A DNA stretch of 57,396 nucleotides, filler included, from Sphacelaria rigidula (Eukaryota): assembly GCA_964200075.2 (NCBI GenBank). It is 8 parts of 8 records of this genome, joined end to end, with 100 filler letters (N's around TTAATTAATTAA, not from the genome) between each part and the next. Parts side by side here need not be neighbours in the genome. Positions count along the whole stretch, not along the records: positions 7,189 to 14,275 come from CAXNAA020016552.1; positions 14,376 to 21,462 come from CAXNAA020016553.1; positions 21,563 to 28,649 come from CAXNAA020016554.1; 5 more parts are not named here. One strand, written 5' to 3'. The translations under genes and the position numbers were made by a program. Position 1 is the stretch's first letter; each line of letters starts with the position of its first letter. Positions 13,420 through 25,900 of the stretch are shown here, in pieces. Below the pieces are notes generated by a model that worked only from the letters and a program-made list of their open reading frames with translations, ran no database searches and was not told the origin of the DNA.

Positions 13420-13958
13420 GTAAGTGGTCCCGATATTTAATACCCATGGTAAGTGAACTGAGGCAGGAGAGGAGGTGGTTGAAGACTCCAGACTTCCAAA
13501 CGGCACCTCTATAATCTTGTCAGATTTCCTCGATTCGGTGTGGCAGTCTTTTATTTGCTTGAAATTGCCGCAACCGTCCCTTCGTTGGTGGTCTTGAGTC
13601 TCAGTAAGCAAGTGTACTATTTATAGCACGTAAACCATAGGCATGTGGTAATCAACGTGACAATAACCGAGCAAAACTTGAGACGGAATGACATGATTTT
13701 CGACAGCTGAGTGGTTCGTAGATATCAACCGACGATCAAGTCTTCGTAAGACGACGAGTAGATAGACATTTCGGGTAATTACGCACGGTGATATTGTTTG
13801 ATTGGCTGATTGATTTGATTGTCGCACGTCAACTAATTCCCGAGTGACCCAGCCGTAGTTGTTATGCACAAGATAGACGTACTCAAGGAAAACAAACGGA
13901 AACGCTTGTGACGGTTTAAGAAACAACCAACGAGACTACTGATCAGTCAGTGCTGACT

Positions 13959-14140
13959 GGTCAGTTAGTCTAGATGGTTGTCACTTAAACCGTCACAAAA
14001 AATTAGTCGCTGGTTCGATTCCCGTCGGACGCACTTTCTTTGAAGAAAAAAGGAGGAGAGAAAACCTCTATACAAAATTGACCCCAAGGAGAGAGAACCT
14101 CAGTAAAAAATTGGCCCAAAAGGAAAAGGATGGGGTATAG
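13959..14140 (+). mobile_element. tRNA-derived SINE head or tRNA pseudogene (Asp-like, GTC)
   Basis: A-box-like TAGTCTAGATGG, CCGTCAC loop, B-box GGTTCGATTCC; stems poorly paired, so not a functional tRNA. Confidence 0.5.
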
Positions 14141-14206
14141 CCTGATGGCTATGTTCGGAGTGTACTGCTAAGGACCCTGGTGCACACACTCTTGGAACAA
14201 GAGGGG

Positions 14207-14275
14207 GGCGTACTCATTTGTTGCTTGCCTTAGTCATTTGACCATTGACCACGCATCCCTTTCGAGACGGAGCAC
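14207..14275 (+). repeat. Dispersed repeat (CTCATTTGTTGCTTGCCTTAGTC...), also at 21563-21618 (+) and ~51868-51925 (-)
   Basis: 55/56 identity with the start of contig 4; third copy on the reverse strand. Confidence 0.85.
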
Positions 14276-14375
14276 NNNNNNNNNNNNNNNNNNNNNNNNN
14301 NNNNNNNNNNNNNNNNNNNTTAATTAATTAANNNNNNNNNNNNNNNNNNNNNNNNNNNNNNNNNNNNNNNNNNNN
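14276..14375. other. Artificial contig linker
   Basis: Identical N44-TTAATTAATTAA-N44 pad. Confidence 0.99.
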
Positions 14376-15475
14376 CCCCCTCCCCCCCCCCCAAAGAGCC
14401 TCTTCGTACTTTCTTTGACGACCGCCACGGTGAGAGGGTTGTAGATGCGACATTTTTCGCCGGCTAGCGCGGTGAGCACACTTGTTGTACAAATTTCACC
14501 GCATGTCTACTGACTGCGTGTGTTGGGATGTCAAGCAAGCATCTCCGCGGCAGGCTTTCCCGTGAGTTCGTGACCTCTGCTTGCTAGTCACGCATCACCG
14601 CTCCCTATCTATGCCTCAACAAATTTTGCGACCTCTTGTTTTTTCGCTTCACGTTGGCAGACATTCTCCTTTTCGTCGTATTAGTGGGAGCCGGGATCCG
14701 AACCTTTGCACTTGTGTTCACGAAGCGTACAGATTTATCTCGCACGATCACCAATGTGAAAAGAGCGATCTCCTCGATGGACACTGGTGGGAATTTCGCC
14801 ATTCTACATGGTAGTACTCACAACTCAAGAAGAGAAAACATAGATTTTCACAGATTTCAGCAGGAATGTGAAATGCCAAAAGTAGACGTCGGGAAGATCG
14901 GAGATTTTATGTAGTTTCATCACAGACACCTGAGCAACCACCCCGAGGACCGGAACCTAAAACTCAATAAGCGGGCTAGAATCGGCATCAGCGAGGCTGA
15001 AATCCCAACAGTAGACCTTCAAGCTTGTAATATTCTGCGGATTTGTTGCCGCGAGGTTCGTGCCATTTTCTCAGACATGGTTCTGCCTACATGTGACATG
15101 ACTTGGAATCCAAAATAATCCAACAACGTACCAGCCGCAAGACATCTATGTGCACACACCTCGCTTCTCAAAGCGCTGTTCCGAAAGTCTGTTGAAACGG
15201 CGAGGTCGATCAACGGCAGCAGCACACGCTGGGCAGAGCGGTATCACGCCCGGTGTGGGCCAAGGGTAAGACGGGGGGGATAGAGAGAGGAGGCGCGCGG
15301 GGCCGAGCGGGGGGGGGGGGGGGGGGGGGGAGGGTCCGTTTAGCCTGCCCAACACAAAAAAAAGTCCACCCCCCCCCCCCACCCACCCCCCCCCCCCNNN
15401 NNNNNNNGGGGGTCGGTCTGTGGGGGACTGGCGGGCTGGTGGCTGGGTGGGGGGGGGGGGGGGGGGGGGGGGGGG

Positions 15476-15519
<44 letters not shown>

Positions 15520-15858
15520 CAGGATCCGTTTAGCCTGCACATCACAAAATAATGTCCATCACCTGCCCTCAGCGTACTCCCTCCCTCGGTCGCAACGACT
15601 TAAAACGTGAGCGCTGATGATGTGCGCAGCCCGTGCGGCAGCAACGGCTGACTGCCATATACATCATGCAGCCGAAAACTAGGAGAGCACGGTTGCACTT
15701 ATGCCCTGCGTCCTGCGGCAGAGGTGGGAAAACTATGCATATTATGCACTCTTCGTACAGAACGGTCAGCACTCCGCTGCTTGTCACTATTATACGCCAA
15801 TTCGACACCGAAATGTGATCCATCTGTTGAGAGTCCCAAGCTCCGTAATTCCCAACCA

Positions 15859-16000
15859 CCCTTGGTCATAATGCATGCCTAAGAAACGGACATTATTTGA
15901 CCATTGAACCAGTAAACGCTCGTTGCAAAGGGCTCGCTTGTTCAATGGTCAAGTGCCCGCTTCTTGAACAAAAAATGTCGCGGCATTACCACACCAGGGA
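15859..16000. repeat. ~140-bp imperfect inverted repeat (small MITE or hairpin)
   Basis: TTGACCATTGAAC/GTTCAATGGTCAA perfect 13 bp, flanked by AAGAAACGGACA/TGCCCGCTTCTT and TAATGC/GCATTA. Confidence 0.65.
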
Positions 16001-16343
16001 TCTTAGGGGCTCTCCGCCTCTAGCAAGCCTCACTGTTCGCAAGTAAGATTCCACCAACAATCCATAATCTATTTGGAGCCTCGAACGCACGACCTCTTAT
16101 TCCACAGGGACAGATAACCGTTTCTTCATGAGTGCGCGTTCAGGTCGTGTCTTATTGGGCTGGAAAAAGCAGCGAAAACCAAAGCAAGACTCTAAAAAGT
16201 AGTAACATGGTGGCCGGTCATCCTGCCGCGTGATATCGCGGCGACCGATCAACATGCTGATTTTGTCCGCTTGTGGGACAAGACGCTGGAGGTTGAAGCC
16301 ACCGGGCAATCCATTGTGCGTGGAATTCGACTTCTTGTTGACA

Positions 16344-16542
16344 CTTGGACCGCGAGGGTAGTCCATCTGGATCATGCGTACTGTTTGCAAGTGAAATTGA
16401 TGTCGATTCGACAGATGACCTACTCACGCTGTTTAAGGGTTAACCTTTTGACGGCGGGAGTATGTCATCAGTTGAATCGGCAACAATTTCACTTGGAAAA
16501 AGTATGCATGATCCAAATGAACTACCCGCATCGCGGTCCAAG
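16344..16542. repeat. ~200-bp imperfect palindrome centred on GGTTAACC
   Basis: CTTGGACCGCGA/TCGCGGTCCAAG, TGGATCATGC/GCATGATCCA, CAAGTGAAATTG/CAATTTCACTTG; ORF track shows mirror peptides on both strands. Confidence 0.9.
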
Positions 16543-19500
16543 GGGAGTGAGGCTTTAGATCGGCTGAAGACCCCGGAGATGATCATGTCACGGGGACCAC
16601 ACAATAAATACCTTTCGGTGTGCATTCAACCTTTAGACCAGTGACCTTCAGACCAGTGAGCGCCCCTGATGTGATTATGCCGGGAAGGATCGCATGCCAC
16701 ATCTCTTGTTCGAGGAGGGGACCATCGGACATTGAACCGGTGAGATCCGGATCTGTTTTTTACGCCGACGGTAAACTCTTGACTCTACTATTGGCTGCCG
16801 GTGTACGTGTTAAAGATCATTTCACCGAAAGACAGTCAGCGTGTTTCATGGCGGTCCAGTTTGAACTGTCACCTAAGGATCGGGGGAAACAATTAGAGCA
16901 CGCCCCACCTTGCCGCCCCCGCGTGTACCGCACCGCCTCCAAGTAAGGGTGATATATGGGTACTGTCAGGACCGGCAAAAAACAGCGCATAAGTTTGTCA
17001 GGAAGTACAGTAGGCATCCTCACCATCACCCAGGGGGATAGTCCAGCAACGTATCCTTTTTGAACGGACGTCATTTGTACTAGTGTACCCTGTGACCTGT
17101 GAAGCGGAGAGTGAGGCAAGCGTCGAAACAAAGGGTATGGCTGCTAGAGAAAAGCAGCATGTTGATTTGCCGCCGAAACCATAGTTCCGTCGCTCTGACT
17201 GCGGCCGCTAATCAACATGCTGCTTTTCAACGCTGCCTTTTCTATTTTTCTGTTCCGATAATGTGATGGATCCTTGCCGTATCCCGACAGCGGTCTCTCT
17301 GGCACGCCGTTTATTCTTTCTATGCGCATTTTGTACATGTATAGTGCCGCTTGTCGCGATGATCTCATCATGATTATGTAGCCGACATCTCAGAGCGCGA
17401 TATGACTGACCGTACAGCAGTGTGATACTGCATTGAAATGACACTTCTAATATCAGGCGGTGGAAAGAGCAAGCGATCCAGATATTCGGCGCGATAACAA
17501 CATGGACCCACGTATTCCCTTCTGTTTGCATAACACCGTAAGTCTGTGCCAGTTGCGATTTCTTTGCCCCGGTATGTGTTACTTCGGAATATTTGGATCA
17601 GCTCTGGCACCCACATCCTTGATGCAAATGTCACAAATTGCATGTCTGCTGTACTTGATGGTACGCACGCCACATCTTCTGACTTCACCTCCCCTGTCTG
17701 CGCGCTCGGCGTAAAAGTTCCATGTACTACATGGAACCTGACACGCCCCCGATACAATTTACGCGACACGCGGGAGCCGCGGGATAACTCTTGGTCATCG
17801 AACGAGTATCTACAGACGAAAGGAGCTTACACTGTATCGTACTGTGCGCATGATCCGTAGGGCTGGTTATTGCGTATGTCAGTCGCGTCAACATTGCATT
17901 GCTGTACATGGTGGCACAAAAATTCCACGATGTCCGACACAACAGGACGAACCTATGAGACACAGTCCGCACTAATAAAGCGTCCCAGGTTAAAATTGAA
18001 CAGTGTGTGTATGCTATCGCATCAGGAAACCTTCTGGGTGCTCTGTCTTGTCCACCAGGACAGCTGTGCGTGTAAGCGACGACTAAATCATGCAGCGATG
18101 GGATGGCATGTTTCGTGCGACATGTCGCCAAGAACTCCCATGTTCTGGAAGTTCATCTGTCGGACGTGAGAAAAAACGGTTGCTTTAAGTTGCCGCCATT
18201 CACAAACCAGCTGGGCATGAAACGTGCGGTAACCAAGAGTACACAATTTTGACGTTGTTGAAGTACCGACTAAATTGCCACGGCGGTTAATACTTCGTGC
18301 TGGGGAAACAACATCAGCTGAGTGTTATAGTGTACACTTCAGTGTTCCCGGCGATTTGGTGTATGCTCGGGCGTAGTTTGTTCTTGTGCGAAATTCCACC
18401 CAACCCGACACCCCGAATGCAGCGTTGAACATACTCTTCGCCACACCATGAGGATGCCCTCGATCCTAGTCTCAACCCTAGCTAGTGATGAGAACGGCCG
18501 AGCAAGCTGGGTGGATGTGTGTAGTTCCATACGCGAAGTGTGCGTTGGCCGAGCTCAAATCGGCGCTCCTGGAGCCATTGCGTGCGCTCGGCGAGCCCTT
18601 TCGAATGTGAACGCTGTAAAGATCCGAATATGACGGTTGGCGCTGAAACCAGTTACTCGTGTTTTTTCAAGCATTCGGGAGCCGGATTGAGGGAATATCT
18701 TTCAAAATTCATTTTTCGGTTAGGTACGCGCATACAGCCGCTCGCTCTGCGCCGGCTCCTTCCGGCATTATATGCGCCGAAGAAGAGCTCGAGACCCGAA
18801 GATATGACTCGTCTCGCGCAGGCTCCATCATGCATTAGTTTAAAAATCCAAAACATCAAGTGCCCCGTTAGACGGAATGCGCTATTATTAGCAGCCCTTC
18901 ATCCATGCATGGTCGTGTCCTTTGTGTGAAGCAATAGGCGCATCTCTTGACGGCCAACTGCTCGTTTACTGTACTGTTCTATATGCGGTTTTGAATCGCG
19001 CCTGCTTCTGTTGAGCTATCCCAGCCAAATGATATTCTGACTAGTGTGGATCGTTAGTCTATCGTACTGTCGTCTGTGTTGGACTGACCTGAAATGACAC
19101 ACGATCCTTCCGCGCCCCTGCATCTACGGAAAGGCTACGAGCTGACTCCCGACAAATATCCGTGACGCGACTCACACCGAACTTCGACGTATCTCCCAGC
19201 CACGCGATACCCTACGACAGAGCAAACAGACAACAGAAGAGGGTTATCTGCCTGCCACCGACGTTTATGTGTATATAGCTTGGTGGATTCGACGAGAACG
19301 CAAACAAACGACGAGCTACTAGACCGACACAAATTCAACGGGAATCAAGCGTTTCTTCTCTACAGTATTTTTTTCTCGCTGTTCTCAAAATGAAACGGCA
19401 TTTCGCAGTCGAACTATACCGGCGGCAACACTTCGGGACAAGTGTCCTAGGGAAATTTCAAACATTGTCAACACTCCCTCCACGCACATGGTGTGAACAA

Positions 19501-20530
19501 TACTTACTTCGGAAAGTTTGCCGGTTCTGGCATGGGCGCGCGCGGCCATGACGAACGCGCGCATGTCATGCTGATGTCGGGGCTCTCGATCTCTGGTCAC
19601 GAACATGTACAGGGAAAGATTATGACCTCCCTGACGAAATGACTTGCCTCTACCCCTCGAAGCATCGCCACTCTGATAACCCCTAGTCCCGCTTCGACTT
19701 CCCTCGCCACGGCCACTCATGTCGTCTACGCCAGTTTCAGGATTCCTATCCAAGACCAGCATAAGAAGGGAAACGACGATCAAATACGTAGATTATGAAA
19801 GTGTGGGGAAGGAGGCGATAATTGGAATGATTCAATGATTCTCGGCCAACAGCGGTCTGAGTCCAATCCTTTCACATGCCCTCATCACAACTCACACTTC
19901 AAACCAAGTCACACGTCCGTATCACTCCCACGAAATACGAATCACTACAGACCACGCACACACCTAAGTCCATCGCGTTCTTTCCATTTCCCTGGCATCT
20001 TTCTTTGCTCTTACACTAATGGGACAGTGCCTACCTGCGCGGTGTTGATGCTGTAATGACGTGTGGAGGTGGGTGAGACCTCGATCGATTGCATCTTCCG
20101 TTCGCAGACTGTGCATGTCATAAACCATTTATTAGCCGACACGAAAGATACGAGGTATGTCCATGCATTGTCGTGATATAGACAGGCAACCGTTATCGTA
20201 TAAAGCGCCAGGTCCATACACCGGCAAGGCGCTTAATCGGGGCATTACCTCTGTTCCATCAATCCGGTGCAGGGTACTACAAGAGCACAAGCACCTATTC
20301 ATGACTATCTGGGATATGGGTATCCACGTGGGATGCGGATATCCATCGCGGATCTCCATCCGGGTTATAATAAGAACTTCACTAATTGCGAATGAATTCG
20401 TTTATGAAGATGAGCCTTGAAAGCCTTCATCGCTAAATAAATACAAATTCGCTTTTAGACCATGATGTGTGGCTTCGTTCATCCTCAAAACAAAATCCAC
20501 CCGGAATGAGTAAACTCCCTTGTTGTTGAA

Positions 20531-20611
20531 GGCATCTCAAAGTCGAGGTTCCCGGTATATCCAAGACAAAATCACTTTTGGTTATACGGGGAACCTCGGG
20601 TTTGAGATACC
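20531..20611. repeat. 81-nt stem-loop (~36-bp stem)
   Basis: GGCATCTCAAAGTCGAGGTTCCCGGTATATCCAA pairs with TTGGTTATACGGGGAACCTCGGGTTTGAGATACC. Confidence 0.85.
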
Positions 20612-21462
20612 TCTGTTACAGATTCTGAACAACAGAACAATAAAATTGTACGGGGAAACAAACAGAAGTCGAAAATGTTCGCAATAACACGGGGTTTAGC
20701 GAATTGCAGGTGAATGTTTTAGACGAGTATGGAGGCCGCACATCACGGCCGGAGAGTGCCCTTTTCCCTTTTCCTCCCCCCCGAAAAGATGTCGATGCCT
20801 GTGTGAATGTTTCCAAGGCCCATCTTCACGACATTATTCATCAGCAATTTGTATAGTCCCGTGGTAAATATCAGGATCCGCTCACTGGGATATTCTCCTT
20901 CTGACATATCCATCGCGAAGATATCCACCTTGAGATAACCATCTGGTGCGTCTACCGGACGTGGACACCCATCTGATCTTCATCCAGGCCTGGTATGTAC
21001 CAGATAAACTTATCAAGTCGAATGTGGGTGTCCACCAGGATCATCTCACTGGCTGAGATCAGTTGGCCTTCCCGGGAGTTTTTTCTCTGCAAGGACAATT
21101 ATTGAATGCAAAACTCGACCCAACACTCCATTCGTAACCCCAATCCTGGCCCAAGACCGTGTATTTTAGCGGGTTGTGCGGTATGCACCATACGTCCGAC
21201 TCAAACACGGGATCTTACAATTTGGGGATGGATCTTTTATTGGGGATGGGAAACCTGGAGAATGAAAATTTTCGTATCCACACCAGATCTTCGAAATATG
21301 GTTCCGCACTTTTTCACCTACTAACAGCCGATTCTCGAAAAAAATGGGGTTGAAAAAAAAATGAGGTTCAGCTCAAAAGTCGTGCTTTCCCTGACCTAAA
21401 CTAACGACAAATGACTTTCATATGGACCCCCCCATCCCTCCCGACCTCCCTGAAACTATATC

Positions 21463-21562
21463 NNNNNNNNNNNNNNNNNNNNNNNNNNNNNNNNNNNNNN
21501 NNNNNNTTAATTAATTAANNNNNNNNNNNNNNNNNNNNNNNNNNNNNNNNNNNNNNNNNNNN
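21463..21562. other. Artificial contig linker
   Basis: Identical pad. Confidence 0.99.
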
Positions 21563-22636
21563 CTCATTTGTTGCTTGCCTTAGTCGTTTGACCATTGACC
21601 ACGCATCCCTTTCGAGACCGAGGGGCGGGAAGGGGGGGATTGAAAGAGGGGCTCCTGTTTTCGTTCCAAAGCTGCCACCTTTTCATATCCAGCGTCCCAC
21701 ACGAGCAACAATTGCCACCTCATTCTATTCATTTTAGTTCCGTCACACTTTCAACCCTTCTCCTTCCCCTGGGCGAATCTGTGCAGTCACTATTGTAGTC
21801 ACGAGGGGTCAATCCATGCCTTTTCCGCTCGTAACTACCTTCTCACCGTCTCGTTTACGACACCATAACGGTGGCCACACATATGACTTTCAAGTTTCAA
21901 CAGTCAACTTTTTTATCGATATCTAACATCAAAAACGCCACACGTATGTTTTCTCATGGAACGCCCCCCCGCCCCCCCCCCCTCCTCCACCTCACGCAAT
22001 GGTCTTATGACTATGGCATGTATGATCATGATTACACCCCCACACCCCCACACCCCCACCACACGAGACGATGGTTGTGGATCCTCGGCTACTTCACTTG
22101 TGTAGTGCCCACCAACCATCCTACCTGCCTTTCTGCCCCTGACACCGTTGTGCTATCGGTAGAGGGAGCGGGCAGCGTTACCTTCGGCTTGTGCGAAGGG
22201 TTCACGATATTTACTGAGTATATGACACAAGCCAATAAAAAAAAAGGCGCACCATGTTTCGGGACACGTGCACAATTGATCAAACTCAGCTACAAAAAAT
22301 GTTGTATCCAGCGACTATGACCGCGACAAACGATCACGGGGGAATCTTGCTTTCAACAACAAATAACGCGTTATTTTTTGTTTTTTCATACCCCGAGGTC
22401 GTATGTGTCAAGAGCAGACCTCAACGAATAACAATAAAAAATAAGATAAGATAAGATAAGATAAGATGAAAAACAAGCAGAAAATGGGGATACACAGCGG
22501 TGCTATATTACAGACGGTATCATGTACCATTCCTACCTCGTGTGCGTGCTTCCTCTACATACGTGCATTCCATACCTAAATACATGACCATGGCTGGATC
22601 CCTGGGGGGTCAGTTAAAGTGCAACAACCAATTAAT

Positions 22637-22682
22637 ACATACATACATACATACATACATACATACATACATACATACATAC
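22637..22682. repeat. (CATA)n microsatellite
   Basis: Direct reading. Confidence 0.95.
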
Positions 22683-22756
22683 TGGATGCGTGCATGCATA
22701 AATATATGGATATTGTATATTTCGTGTTTCCGGTCTCTTTTGACGAACGACTGTTC

Positions 22757-22951
22757 TCACGGGCAAATGTAGGGCGCGAGATCTGAATCCACTTCAGCTT
22801 TCGATCCCGGAGCGAAACACGATGGCACCGTGTCGTTGACGAGGTGATGGCCCTCTGTTGTCTTTGCTGTCTCCAGGAAGGTGTTGTTCATAACGAAGTT
22901 GCCCTGCGCGTCTAAAAACCTGAAGTACTGTCCGGTCGGTACGTGGTTGTG
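22757..22951 (-). CDS. Mannuronan C-5-epimerase terminal exon
   Basis: CAAACAG|CAC AAC CAC...TGC CCG TGA; C-terminal part of track ORF 22757-23068. Confidence 0.8.
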   Translation of the reverse strand, partial: HNHVPTGQYFRFLDAQGNFVMNNTFLETAKTTEGHHLVNDTVPSCFAPGSKAEVDSDLAPYICP

Positions 22952-25900
22952 CTGTTTGATCAGGGCGGCGGGGGCCGGGGCGGCGGGCGGAAGGGAGAGG
23001 GGGGAGGGGGGCGTAGGAGGGGGGAAGGGGGGGGGGGTCAGCAACGACGATAGCACCGCATGCCACATGGCAAAATAACAGGCGATCCTGAGAAATGGGA
23101 ATGGGAGTTTTCCAAGGAGAGGTACTGAGGTCGAAATGTTACATGATATTGCGACTGGTTCTCGTCAAAGGTACCTTTGAATGCTCTGTTGAAGGATGGG
23201 CGCTTACAACCCGTGAACGGAACATGACATGCGGACGAAGTGCTATTGATTGACTCGACTCGTGGCAAGGGGGCTGCTGGACGCATGCTACACATGCCAC
23301 TCGTATAAACAACAGCTGCGAGGATGATGTTTTTGTTCGCAACTTTGGCACCTTGCATTGCGCCCCGGTGGTGAAATGATCCGACTGTCGCCATCAGGGT
23401 AGAGAGAACGAGGGATTGATTCCCGATGTATTGGGTTTTTTCTTCTTAGTATGTGATTTCCACCGTGGAAAGCGTGAGAACGTCAGTAAACAAGGTAGTC
23501 GACTGAGTTTGTTTGACGTGAGTTGACGCGGTGCGGGAGTGCTGACCCAATCCGTGAGACCAAAATGACAGGCGTGTACCGGGGAAATATGGGTTGATCC
23601 CTTGAGGCCACGGACTCGTGCTGAGGAAGGGAAGGGGTTCAAAGTGCAACAAATAGTCTTATGGGGTGCACGCTACAATTGTAAGAGCTTGAACGTTTCC
23701 TTGGTCTGACTGTGCCGTACGTGGGGATGTGCATGCCCTTGCCCGGTTGAGCACGCCTCGGGATTTACTGTGAAGCTTTGCAAGACAGAGTTGTGAACTA
23801 TTGTATAGATTCAAGAGAGTGTCTCAGAAGGGTCTCGAGATGGGCCGTTTCCAGGAGACTTGCACGCCGAAAAAGGCATGTCGGTACCTATGCTCGTGGT
23901 AAGCACGCAGCAGTGAGTGGCTAAAGCCCCAACATCCGCGACTATGATTTAGTGTCGATACTTGGCCTACTTCAAGTTGAAGCCTACACCTTAAAAGACC
24001 TGCTCAAGTTGCGTGTGTGGCTGTTACCTCGCGGGTGCGGATATATTCCCGCCTCCGAAAAAAAGGACAGAAAGGCTGTCGCATCCAAGACAACGGCCTA
24101 CCCTACTTTGAGATGTCTCCTTATTCTCATCAGGTATCCCCATCTTCCACCGTACCTAGCCACTGTACACCTGCTTGCTCCGCGTGACCTATGTCATGCT
24201 AGCGTGGTACACGACCTAGTATGGTCGGTTAGAGGCCAGCTGTTGCGGATGCAGTCAGTGAGCCCATGCTCGTTGAGTTCTGTCCGCAACCCACATGATC
24301 TTGGGTGAAGCTCGACGCCTGGTCCTTCACAAAAGGAACTTGATCCTTCGTGTCCTCGCTGTGGATTGTAAGATGACCCTCTCTGGCGTAGAACGGTCGT
24401 CATATTTTCCGCAATAAAAGCTCATTCCGTTTACCGTTTGGATTTTAGGAGCATGTCCGCGAGATCACATGTATAAAATATATCGTTGTGTATTTTGAAT
24501 AATTTGCAAGATATGGCTTTACCTTCGTGTGCATTCTAGATCAACACTTTTATCCAAGAGACCCACCAATTTCGACCGTTTTCCGTGTTCTACAGTATTT
24601 TCCCGAGAAGAAATATACATCAGTCGTTACATGTTGCTGCATCGCAATGTCGGCGCGCGCATCATATGCTGCGCAGATACGTTCAGCTCCGCTTGTTGCA
24701 GCCTCAAAACTGACGACAGCACATGATGCCTCCAGAAGAACCAGGCCGGCATCCTCCTTCGATCGAAGGGAGAAAGAGGGTCACCATTAACTGGCAGGTA
24801 GCTTTCCGGCTGTGGAGTCTCGTGCGTTGCCAACATAAAGTATCACTCTAGAGCGCTGTTACGGCGACTGACTGCATTGTGACTCCTTTTTTTATTTCGC
24901 TGTTCTCCTTCCTAACCCTTTACCTCCCTCCGGAGCAACCCGTCGTTCCAAGGGATCAACCCGTCTCTCTGTCTGTCTCTGTCTGCCTGTGTGTCTCTCG
25001 GTACACGCCCTACAATCCGGTATCGCGGATTGGATCAGCATTTACACACCGCGTCGACTTCCGTCAAAAACAGTTTTTCGCTACTCACGCCCGCACCTCA
25101 AGTGTTCACCTGTGGAAATTGGATCATCGTGAGTAAAAAAAAACCTTAACTACACATCTTCCACGATCCGTACCTGCAATCTTTGGGCCTGACTATTTTC
25201 AGCTATACCATTTGAATTAAGAACACCGGGGCGTGAAGACACCTAAGCACAATGATGATACCCTTTTTTTTCAAGGCCGGGGTTGGTCCGACTCGCTTGA
25301 AGTGGGATAAGCAGCCAACCTGGGATCAGATGACAACCACCAGCCGAATCTCACCGCATGTTTTGCAACCGATATAGAACCGGGGTTTTGACACATTTCA
25401 TGTACTGTACACACATCGCACTATGTTGCTACAGAAACTCGTTTCGACTCTCAGCTTACCGCGAAAATGTTTTGATCACAGTCCGAGATCTTGGCAACGT
25501 CGTCCTTCACGCTGTATAGAGTATTGTACCCCACGTAGTTGAACTTAGGTCGGCCATCGTTCCCCTCCACCTCCGGCGGATCAGTGCCCTTGTCTGCGTA
25601 ATTCCCGCACCCCCAAATTCAACGGTCAGGGTTCGACCAAAAGGGCATGATGAGACAAGACACAACAAGACGAGCCAGGACAAACAAAGATGCCAAGACA
25701 ATACGAAGCGAAAGAAATAAAAATGAAAAACGAAACAGAAAGAAGATTGACACTTTTCCGAGATGTAAAAAGGAGAAAAACGACGACCAACAGAGAAAAA
25801 ATCAGCGGGGGGGGGGGAAGACAAATTGAGAAAAGGACGATATCGACAAGACAAAAAAAACAGGCGACGAGCAAAATACAAAAGGCTGAAGATATCATCA

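Noticed and set aside
13959-14033. Functional tRNA-Asp gene
   Set aside because: A and B boxes are present but the acceptor and anticodon stems do not pair properly; treated as a SINE head or pseudogene.
15270-15550. Poly-G/poly-C tracts with Gly/Pro-rich ORFs
   Set aside because: They flank a 10-N gap, and AGGGTCCGTTTAGCCTGCCCAACACAAAA is an error-laden copy of AGGATCCGTTTAGCCTGCACATCACAAAA after the G run; typical of read-quality collapse.
14213-21618. True overlap joining the end of contig 2 (kinesin) to the start of contig 4 (epimerase)
   Set aside because: The shared 56 bp has a mismatch, diverges straight afterwards and has a third copy at ~51.9 kb; contigs simply break in this repeat.
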